In this document: piece by piece, positions 8,113 to 15,430 of the stretch
Layout: the number at the start of each line of letters is the position of its first letter
Position numbering within the stretch: position 1 is the stretch's first letter
NCBI GenBank assembly: GCA_045863235.1
Contig: BTUM01000112.1
Coordinates: 1 to 21,866, forward strand
DNA length: 21,866 nt
Direction: 5' to 3'
DNA from: Candidatus Xenobia bacterium
GTDB taxonomy: Bacteria > Vulcanimicrobiota > Xenobia > Xenobiales > QWHO01
The notes under the pieces: model-generated
Seen by the model: the letters and a program-made list of their open reading frames with translations, nothing else
What the model was told of the DNA's origin: nothing
Databases searched by the model: none
Translations under genes and position numbers: made by a program

Positions 8113-10218
8113 ATGAGCAACACGACATGGAACCTTGCCACCGAATCGAGCGAGGTCAAGCGACTCCGTAGCCTTCGACCCGCGAGCCAGTTCTTCGTGG
8201 TCATGTTCGGACTGCTGCTGCCGCTGGCGGCCCTGGTCATCGAAGCAGCCGGACATCTCTGCGCCGACACCTGGTTCGACCCCATCCCCACGCCCGGGCA
8301 CATGCTGCTGGTGGCCACCGTGCCACTGGTCAGCCTGCTTTACCTGCTGGGCCGACCCAACCGCTTCTTCGACCTGCTGGCCGGGGCCGCCACCATGGTG
8401 GCCTTCCTCTACTCGCTGCCCTTCCTGCCCCTGGTGCCGCTGGCCATCTGCGCCATCCCCTTTGCGGGCGTGGGTTTCCTCCCCCTCGCCCCCATCCTCT
8501 CGCTGGCCACCATGGCCATCGTGGTGCGCCGGGCGGCCCGTCCCAAAGCCTACGCGCTGGGAATGCTGGGCGCTGGTCTTGCGCTGGTGGCGCTCTGGGT
8601 GCCAGCGGCCCTGACCGCTTACTGGATGGACCAGGGCTCCATCGCCTTCCTGCGCCACCTGGGCGACCGGCCCACCATGCTGAGAGCCTGCCACGAAGAG
8701 CGGCCCTCCAACCCTGTGGCCCGCATCATGCGTCCCACGCCCGCCATCGGAGTCGAGCGCTCGCGGCGGCTCTACTTCCAGGTGACCGGCAAGCGGGCCG
8801 AGTTGGAGCCCCGTCCCGCAAGGACGCGCACGTTCGACACCTCCGAGGCGGTCCAGTCGAGCATCCGCCAGACGGTGTCGCGGCTGGACGGGTCCATCGA
8901 TCCGGACGCCGCGCTGGCCTACACCGAGTGGACCATCGAGCTCGAGAACACAGCCGGCTGGAACCAGGAGGGCACGATGGAAGTGGCCCTGCCGGCCGGC
9001 GCAGTGGTCAGCCGGGCCACCCTGTGGGTGGCCGGCGAGGAGCGCGAGGCTGCCTACGCCAAAGTGGGCCAGGCGCGCCAGGCTTACGAGGCGGTGGTGC
9101 AGACCAACCGCGACCCGCTGCTGGTGACCACGGCCGGACCGGGACGGATCGAGGCGCGCTGCTTCCCCATCCCCCCCAACGGCAAGATGAAGTTCAAGCT
9201 GGGCATCACCTCCCCCCTCACGCTCGCGAGCGAGCGCCAGGCGGTGCTGGAGACTCCCCGCATCGTGCACTCCAACTTCCAGTCCCTCAGCACGGCGGAC
9301 GCCTACTTCGAGTCGCGCACGCTGCTCTCGGCTCCGGGCCTTGATCCCGGCCGCATCCTGCGGGGACCGGTCAACCTGCCGACCCGCATCAGCGCCCAGC
9401 GCAATCGACAGGTCACCAGGGTGTGGGCCCCCCTGGGCCGGCAGTTCGTGCAGGCTCACCTGGCCACCACCGCTCCCCCCGAGCGCATCGCCCTGGTGCT
9501 CGACAGCTCGGCCGGCATGGCCCGCCACTGGCCCCAGGTGGGCAAGGCGGTGCAAGCCCTCAAGCCGGATCGCATCTTCTACCCCAGCGACCGGGGCGCT
9601 GAAGAGACCACGAGCATTCGTGAAATCAGCCCGGAAGGCGGCAAGGACAACCTGCCCCCCCTCATGCGAGCGCTGGAGCACTACCAGACGGTGGTCTGGC
9701 TGCACGCCGACCAGCCTTACGCCGGCGACAGCCTGACCGGGCTGCAACAGATGCTCGAGCGCAGTCCGCGCGACCTGATCGATGTCTCCCTCGACGGCGG
9801 ACTCGATGCGGTGCTGGCCGAGCTGCAGCTGCCCGGCCTGCGCACCCTGGCCCGCACCGGCGACGACCTGGCCGCCGACCTGAAGCGACTGCGCCAGCCT
9901 CAGCTGGAGTACCGGCTCGAGCGCGTGAGCAAGCAGCCCGAGGGACAGGAGACCTCCTCTCACCTGGGGCGGCTCTGGGCCTGGCAGGAGTACGGTCGGC
10001 TCTGGCCGCGGCCGGAGGCCACCCGGCTGGCCCTGGAGCACCGGCTCATCACCCCCAGCACCGGAGCGGTCGTGCTGGAAACGAAGGAGCAATACCAGAA
10101 CGCCGGTCTTGAGCCGGTAGACGAGTCCACCGTCCCGACTGTGCCCGAGCCGGGCACGATGGCCCTGCTGGGCGCGGCGGCGGCAGCGGCTCTGGCCCGA
10201 CGAAGGAAGGCGGAATGA
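8113..10218 (+). CDS. Membrane-anchored VIT-domain protein with degenerate vWA-like region and C-terminal PEP-CTERM sorting signal, 701 aa
   Basis: About 5 N-terminal TM helices; VIT motifs LPAGAVVSRATLWVAGEEREA, RQAYEAVV, RDPLL, CFPIPPNG; C-terminal VPEPGTMALLGAAAAAALARRRK. Confidence 0.9.
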   Translation: MSNTTWNLATESSEVKRLRSLRPASQFFVVMFGLLLPLAALVIEAAGHLCADTWFDPIPTPGHMLLVATVPLVSLLYLLGRPNRFFDLLAGAATMVAFLYSLPFLPLVPLAICAIPFAGVGFLPLAPILSLATMAIVVRRAARPKAYALGMLGAGLALVALWVPAALTAYWMDQGSIAFLRHLGDRPTMLRACHEERPSNPVARIMRPTPAIGVERSRRLYFQVTGKRAELEPRPARTRTFDTSEAVQSSIRQTVSRLDGSIDPDAALAYTEWTIELENTAGWNQEGTMEVALPAGAVVSRATLWVAGEEREAAYAKVGQARQAYEAVVQTNRDPLLVTTAGPGRIEARCFPIPPNGKMKFKLGITSPLTLASERQAVLETPRIVHSNFQSLSTADAYFESRTLLSAPGLDPGRILRGPVNLPTRISAQRNRQVTRVWAPLGRQFVQAHLATTAPPERIALVLDSSAGMARHWPQVGKAVQALKPDRIFYPSDRGAEETTSIREISPEGGKDNLPPLMRALEHYQTVVWLHADQPYAGDSLTGLQQMLERSPRDLIDVSLDGGLDAVLAELQLPGLRTLARTGDDLAADLKRLRQPQLEYRLERVSKQPEGQETSSHLGRLWAWQEYGRLWPRPEATRLALEHRLITPSTGAVVLETKEQYQNAGLEPVDESTVPTVPEPGTMALLGAAAAAALARRRKAE

Positions 10219-11483
10219 AGGCCGCGGTCGCTGTGGGCTCGCAGGTCACCGTGCTGCGCCTGACCCTGCTGCTGGCCGCCTTCTGGCCGCTCTACGGCTG
10301 GTATGCCGGCCGCCTGGGGGACGGCTCGGAGGAGCCCTGGGCGCTCGCCCTGCTCCCCCTGGTGGCCTGCCTGGGGCGGCCGCCGGAGCGACTGGACCTG
10401 CGCTGGACGGCGAGCCTGCTCGCTCTCTATGCTCTGGCCTACCCCTTCGCCCCCAGCCTGGTGCGAGCCGGACTGGCCGCCCTGGCCCTGGCCGCCTTCC
10501 TGAGCGCCTGGCGCCAGGAGCGGGGCCTCGACCTGGGCCTGGCCGGCCTGCTGGTGCTGTCACTGCCCGCCCTGACCACGCTCTCGTTCTACCTGGGCTA
10601 CCCGCTGCGTGCCTTCTGCGCTTCGATCGCGGCCCTGCTACTGGGAGTCCAGGCCGAAGGAGCGGCCCTGCGCTTCGAAGGCGGACTGGTCTCGGTCGAT
10701 GCTCCCTGCAGCGGCCTTCGCATGCTCTGGGTGGGCCTCTTGCTGGTCTTCCTGCTGGGAGTCCTGCGCCGCTGGAGCCTGCGCACCACGCTTGTCTGGA
10801 CCGGCCTGACCGGCCTTCTGCTGCTGGCCGGCAACGTGGTCCGCATCAGCAGCCTCTTCTTCCTGGAGACCGGCCTGGTGCAAGCTCCCGGCTGGTTCCA
10901 CGAGGGCGTGGGCGTGGTGGTCTTCGCCGGGGTGGCCCTGGCGGTGGCCCGCTGGGCTCCGGCGGCATCCCTTGCAGTGAGGCCCCGGGCGCTGGAGCGA
11001 GGTGGGGGAGCCTTTCTGCTGGCCGCCTGCCTGGCTGCCGGGGCACCCCTCCTGCCCGGTCCGGCAGCACGGGAGGTGGCGGTCGACTTCCCGGGCTGGT
11101 GGAAGAGCTTTGAAGGCCGTCCTTTGCGACAGCTGGCCGTCTCCGAGGAGGAGAAGCGCTTCTTCCCGGGTCACGTAGGGCGCTTCAGCGACGGCCGCCG
11201 CGAGATCGTGCTGCGCTTTTTCGGCGAGCGCACGCGCAAGCTCCACTCCAGCGCCGACTGCCTGCGCGGGCTGGGCTACCAGGTCACTCCCCTGCCCCTG
11301 GTGCGGGGGCCCGAAGGCGAGCTCTGGAGCGCCTTCGAGGCCACGCGCGGGAACGAGCGGCTCCGCCTGCGCGAGCGCATCTTCGGGCCCGAGGGCAGCT
11401 GGCCGGACGTGTCCCAGTGGTACTGGAACGCCGGCGACGGCCCCTGGTGGGCGGTCACGGTGTGCGAGGGAAAAGCTCACTGA
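10215..11483 (+). CDS. Exosortase/archaeosortase-family transpeptidase with EpsI-like C-terminal domain (dedicated VIT-associated type), 422 aa
   Basis: Polytopic membrane protein with the Cys/Arg/His triad context DAPCSG, GNVVR, WFHEGVG; C-terminal LHSSADCLRGLGY. ATGA overlap with the upstream PEP-CTERM gene. Confidence 0.9.
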   Translation: MKAAVAVGSQVTVLRLTLLLAAFWPLYGWYAGRLGDGSEEPWALALLPLVACLGRPPERLDLRWTASLLALYALAYPFAPSLVRAGLAALALAAFLSAWRQERGLDLGLAGLLVLSLPALTTLSFYLGYPLRAFCASIAALLLGVQAEGAALRFEGGLVSVDAPCSGLRMLWVGLLLVFLLGVLRRWSLRTTLVWTGLTGLLLLAGNVVRISSLFFLETGLVQAPGWFHEGVGVVVFAGVALAVARWAPAASLAVRPRALERGGGAFLLAACLAAGAPLLPGPAAREVAVDFPGWWKSFEGRPLRQLAVSEEEKRFFPGHVGRFSDGRREIVLRFFGERTRKLHSSADCLRGLGYQVTPLPLVRGPEGELWSAFEATRGNERLRLRERIFGPEGSWPDVSQWYWNAGDGPWWAVTVCEGKAH

Positions 11484-11514
11484 AGTCTGTCCTTCGACAA
11501 GCTAGACTGCTCCC

Positions 11515-12126
11515 ATGAGCAGCATCCAGAAAGCCGGACGATTCATTGTCATGCTGTGGGGCGCCCCCGCGGCCGGAAAGACCACCGTGGCGCGCAGCCT
11601 GCTGAAGGAGCTGCGCCGCCGGCGCGGACTGACCCTGCCCCACCTCTCCACCGACCAGCTCAACCGGGCCATCCTGGGCGAGGACTTCCTGGGCGATGTG
11701 CGGGGGGCGCTCTACGACGGGCTGATCGCCATGGCCGGCAACATCCTGGGCTCCGGTGGGGGCGTGCTGCTGGACGGAACCTTCCTCTACCCCGAGATGC
11801 GCGAGCGCATCCGCAACCTGGCCCGCGAGCGCAGGGCGGTGCTGGTCTCAATCCAGGTGGCCTGCTCGCTGCCCACCCGCCGCCAGCGCAACGCCCGGCG
11901 TCCGGACGCCGAGCGGGTGCCCGAGGCCTGGCTCGAGCGGGCCCACTACCGGGCCATGGCCGGCCGTTTCCACAGCGACATGGTGGTCGATACCGAAGCC
12001 GTCTCGACCGAGGAGGCGGTGGAGAGGATCCTGGAGCTCATGAGCTGGCGCCTGGAGCGGGGCAATCGCTTCCCCGCCCTCATCCGCCAAGTCGTGCCCG
12101 GGAAGGTCTACTGCGCCGGGCTCTGA
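11515..12126 (+). CDS. AAA_33-like P-loop kinase, 203 aa
   Basis: Walker A GAPAAGKT, LSTD, VLLDGTF and RxRNxxR lid. Confidence 0.85.
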   Translation: MSSIQKAGRFIVMLWGAPAAGKTTVARSLLKELRRRRGLTLPHLSTDQLNRAILGEDFLGDVRGALYDGLIAMAGNILGSGGGVLLDGTFLYPEMRERIRNLARERRAVLVSIQVACSLPTRRQRNARRPDAERVPEAWLERAHYRAMAGRFHSDMVVDTEAVSTEEAVERILELMSWRLERGNRFPALIRQVVPGKVYCAGL

Positions 12127-12344
12127 CGAGAAGCCATCGCTTCGCGCAGCTCGCGCTCGGAGGGAAAGCCTTCGGGGCCTTTCTCGGCAAGCTTCTGGCC
12201 GTCAATCCAGACGGTGAACTCGCCCACGTTCCCCGGGGTCAGGGTGGCCTGAGGCAGGCCGAACTCTTTGCTCAAGAACGCCGCCACCCGGACGGCGTGA
12301 GGCTTGTAGTTTCAGGACGTGCAGTAACGAATCTCGACACTCAT
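12108..12344 (-). CDS. SelW/SelT/SelH (Rdx family) selenoprotein, 78 aa, Sec at the UGA at 12312-12314
   Basis: Reading through TGA gives MSVEIRYCTS-U-NYKPHAVRVAAFLSKEFGLPQATLTPGNVGEFTVWIDGQKLAEKGPEGFPSERELREAMASRQSPAQ, with CxxU, GxFxVxxDG and FP motifs of the Rdx family. Confidence 0.9.
12278..12298 (-). promoter_or_regulatory. Candidate bacterial SECIS element
   Basis: ACGCCGUC-cgggu-GGCGGCGU, an 8-bp stem starting 13 nt after UGA, with G in the second loop position. Confidence 0.65.
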
Positions 12345-12378
12345 ATGGATATGGTTTCCTGTGCGCGGCCCGGTTCCT

Positions 12379-13764
12379 TCACGGGTGAACGGCCAGACCG
12401 AAAGGCGCCGACAGGGGCTGAGGGGTGGTGGAGAAGAGCAGCGCCCCGGTGCGACCGTCCAGCACCGCCACCGTGCCGGCCTCCCGGCAAGCCACATAGA
12501 GGCGCGAGCCGTCGCGCGAGAAGGCCAACCCCACCGGCCCCGCACCCACATCGGGGGTGGAGAGCAGGGTGGGCCCGTTGCTGTCGAGCAGAGCCACCTG
12601 GTTGGTGCCGTTGAGACTGACCGCCACCCGGTTGCCGTGCACCGCCACCTTGCGCGGCGAGCTGCCCACCCGCACTCGCCCGGCCGGCTTGAGGTCGGGA
12701 TAGGTGAGCACGGACAGGTCTCCCGAGCCCGAGTTGACCACGTAGACGCGGTTGGCGTCCACCGCGATGGAGGTGGGCTTGGAGCCCACCGGAGCCGAGC
12801 CCAGCACCGTTCCTGTGGCCGCATCCAGGCGGCAGAGCGTGCCATTGTCTCCGGCCACCAGGAAGCACTGATCCACCACCGCCACCGCCTGAGGCTGGCC
12901 GCAGGGCACCTCGTGGAGCTTGCGCTCCTGGTGGGTGGCCGTGTCCAGCACCAGCAACCCGGGCGTGGAGCTCATCAGGGTGGCGGCCAGGTATCGGTCG
13001 GAGACGGCCAGATCGGTGACGATGGAGTCGGAGGTGGGGATCGACCCCACGGGCTTGAGCACGGCCGGATCAAAAAAGCGAATGCACTGGTCGCTGCAGG
13101 CTGCATAGAGGCGCCTGCCATCGGGACGGAAGGCAAGCCAGACGGGCTGGAAGCGAAGCGGCTGGTAGCCCGTGAAGGGGGGGTTCTCGGGCGGGAAGAG
13201 CATGAAGGAGTTGGGCGCGGCCGTCACCGGGGTCTGTTTGCTGAAGTCGGCCAGGGAGAGCTCTCCCCGGTCGAGCAGGATGTCCAGCCAGCCGTTGACC
13301 AGGGCGGCCGGATAGCTGAGGGTGGTGCCGGGGGAGCTGTTGGGATTGAGGAACGGGCCCGGCTCGAGTCCGACGCCCTCGCGGCTGTTCAGAGCCACGT
13401 AGACGGTATCCTTGCCAAGCGGGGTCAGGCCCCACATCGTGGTTGCCGCGGGAGTGAGGATCAGGCAGGCGGCCGAGGGGGCAGAGGCGTTGAGGTGCAC
13501 GGTGGCGCGGGCCTGGGCGCCATCCTTGGTGGCCGTGAGGCCGTACACACCAGGCTCGAGCCCGCTGAACTTGAAGCCACCACCGGCCTGGCTGGTGGTG
13601 ACCTGGTTGCTGCCCTCGATGCGAACCTCGGCCCCGGCCACGGGCTTGAAGGGCGACTCGGCGGTGGTGACCCGGCTGATCACGATCCCCTGCAGGTCGA
13701 GCCGGGTGGGGTCCCCGGCCACCATCCGGGTCAAAAGGAGCAGCAGCAGAGCCAGACGTCGCAT
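12379..13764 (-). CDS. Secreted protein: signal peptide, carboxypeptidase-regulatory-like beta-sandwich and YVTN/YncE-type beta-propeller, 461 aa
   Basis: MRRLALLLLLL signal; PVAGAEV...GGFKFSGLEPGVYGLTATKDG; blades VGSKPTSIAV..VYVVNSGS and VGAGPVGLAFSRDGSRLYVA. AGGAG upstream. Confidence 0.88.
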   Translation of the reverse strand: MRRLALLLLLLTRMVAGDPTRLDLQGIVISRVTTAESPFKPVAGAEVRIEGSNQVTTSQAGGGFKFSGLEPGVYGLTATKDGAQARATVHLNASAPSAACLILTPAATTMWGLTPLGKDTVYVALNSREGVGLEPGPFLNPNSSPGTTLSYPAALVNGWLDILLDRGELSLADFSKQTPVTAAPNSFMLFPPENPPFTGYQPLRFQPVWLAFRPDGRRLYAACSDQCIRFFDPAVLKPVGSIPTSDSIVTDLAVSDRYLAATLMSSTPGLLVLDTATHQERKLHEVPCGQPQAVAVVDQCFLVAGDNGTLCRLDAATGTVLGSAPVGSKPTSIAVDANRVYVVNSGSGDLSVLTYPDLKPAGRVRVGSSPRKVAVHGNRVAVSLNGTNQVALLDSNGPTLLSTPDVGAGPVGLAFSRDGSRLYVACREAGTVAVLDGRTGALLFSTTPQPLSAPFGLAVHP

Positions 13765-13820
13765 CCGCTCCTATTCGCCCTGGCTCAACTGTGCTCCCCG
13801 GGGCGGCTGCAAATTGTTGG

Positions 13821-13850
13821 TTGACACCTGAGCGCTGGACCGGTTAACCT
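13821..13850 (+). promoter_or_regulatory. Sigma70-type promoter
   Basis: TTGACA (13821-13826)-N18-TAACCT (13845-13850), implying a leader of about 190 nt before the MFS gene. Confidence 0.7.
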
Positions 13851-13899
13851 GAGCGAGCAGTCGTATCGGCTGCATATCTTTCAAGAAGGAGACGCCCCC

Positions 13900-13995
13900 A
13901 TGAACCCCATTTGCTACGCAAAAATGGCCTGGTTGAACGACACCGGCTACGGCGTCTCCCTCCTGCAGCGAACCCCGAGCCGCCGACAGTCCTAG
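13900..13995 (+). CDS. Candidate leader peptide, 31 aa (MNPICYAKMAWLNDTGYGVSLLQRTPSRRQS)
   Basis: AAGGAG (13886-13891) lies 8 nt before ATG; the ORF sits between the promoter and the MFS gene. Confidence 0.5.
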   Translation: MNPICYAKMAWLNDTGYGVSLLQRTPSRRQS

Positions 13996-14046
13996 CGCCT
14001 TCCGCGCCCTCTTCGACAGCCAGATTTTCCTCGGGAGTTTCGTGTC

Positions 14047-15282
14047 ATGCATTCATTGAACTATTCTCAAATTCCGGGCTTTTTGCGAGCCCATCCCGCC
14101 TTCGGGCGGGTCTTCTTGGCCGACGCTCTCAGCCAGCTCGGCCACGGATTGTTGCTCATCGCCTTCCCGGTGCTGATCCACCAGGCCACCCATGACGTCA
14201 CCCTGACGGGCCTGGCCTTCAGCGGCGAGATCCTGGCCTTCGCCCTGCTCAGCCCGTTCGCGGGCTACTGGGCCGACCGGCTGGAGCAGAAGGCGCTGAT
14301 GGTGGCGGCCAACATCGGCCGGGTGACCATCCTGCTGGCCCTCCTGGGAGTGCTGGCAGCCCGGGCTCCTTTCTGGGTCTGCCTGTTGCTCTCCATGCTG
14401 CTGGGCGCCTCGGCGGCGCTCTTTCTCCCGGCTCGAGCCGCCTTCCTCAGGCGGCTCTTGAAGGGCGAGGAGCTGTTGCAGGCGGTGGCTCTGGAAGGCA
14501 CCATGGGCTTCTTGATCCGGGTGGTCTCGCCGGCCATCATCGGCCTCTTGCTGGTGGCCTTTCCGGTGACGGTGGCCATCTGGATCGACATCCTGCTCTA
14601 CCTGGTCTCCACGGTCATGCTCTTGCCGGCCTGGGTGACCGGTCCGCGGGTGGCTCCTGAAGAGGGTGCCGAGCGGCCCGGCGCCTGGCGCGAGGGGTGG
14701 CGCACCATCCTGGGCACGAGCGAGTTGCGCTCGCTGTTCTTGCTGGACGTGATCATCTCGCTGATCGGCATGGCGGCCTGGTCGACCACGGTGGCTTTCA
14801 TCGTGGTGGCCCTCAAGCTGCCCGACGCTTACGTCGGCTGGCTGCAGGCCGCCACCGGCCTGGCCGGAGCGGTGGGCACCCGGATGGGCACCCGCTTTGG
14901 TCCGCGCCGGAGCACCTACCTGGGCCTGCTGGCCACCATCACGGTCAGCTACCTGCTGGTGCCGCTGGCCACGACCATGCCCGCGCTGGTGGCCATCTGG
15001 CTGGCCCGCGGACTGGCCATCGGAGTCTTCGTGGTGCTGTTCAGCCAGCAGATCGCCCGGCTGACTCCGCCCGAGAAGATGGGCCGCGTGCAGGCCGCCT
15101 GGGACATGGCGGTGTGCGTGTCCGCCTTCCTGGGCTCGGCGGCCACAGTCTGGCTCCTGCGCGAGCTCGGTCCGGCCGGCTCGTTTGCCCTCTTCGGAGT
15201 GCTGATGCTGCTGGTCACGGCCGCCTGGTGGGCCCTGCGCGCCGGCGCGGTGCGCCGGGCGCGGCGTCCGGTCACGGCCTGA
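14047..15282 (+). CDS. MFS transporter, probable DHA3/MefA-like efflux type, 411 aa
   Basis: About 12 TM helices; motif A variant SPFAGYWADRLEQK; LFLPARAA; TPPEKMGRV. Confidence 0.9.
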   Translation: MHSLNYSQIPGFLRAHPAFGRVFLADALSQLGHGLLLIAFPVLIHQATHDVTLTGLAFSGEILAFALLSPFAGYWADRLEQKALMVAANIGRVTILLALLGVLAARAPFWVCLLLSMLLGASAALFLPARAAFLRRLLKGEELLQAVALEGTMGFLIRVVSPAIIGLLLVAFPVTVAIWIDILLYLVSTVMLLPAWVTGPRVAPEEGAERPGAWREGWRTILGTSELRSLFLLDVIISLIGMAAWSTTVAFIVVALKLPDAYVGWLQAATGLAGAVGTRMGTRFGPRRSTYLGLLATITVSYLLVPLATTMPALVAIWLARGLAIGVFVVLFSQQIARLTPPEKMGRVQAAWDMAVCVSAFLGSAATVWLLRELGPAGSFALFGVLMLLVTAAWWALRAGAVRRARRPVTA

Positions 15283-15318
15283 GCGCGGGTCCGAGCTTCG
15301 TGCTCGGACCCGCGTTCA
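15280..15318 (+). terminator. Strong hairpin immediately after the MFS stop codon
   Basis: CGCGGGTCCGAGC-ttcgt-GCTCGGACCCGCG (13 bp, extendable by 4); no long U-tract. Confidence 0.65.
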
Positions 15319-15430
15319 TCAATCGGCAAATCGCGGCAAGGTCCTGGCAAGGCACCCGTTCGCCTGCGCCGGGGAGTTGGGTGCGCAGCGCGGGAAGGAA
15401 GGCCTTCGGCCCGATCCCGAAAGAGCGAAC

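Noticed and set aside
11515..12126. Kinase as a PSTK-like partner of the adjacent selenoprotein
   Set aside because: The genes are convergent, bacterial Sec synthesis uses SelA without PSTK, and no PSTK-specific features are visible.
13857..14046. Known riboswitch (TPP, guanidine, glycine, c-di-GMP) in the MFS leader
   Set aside because: Only scattered short matches, with no complete consensus recognisable by eye; an Rfam scan is still advisable.
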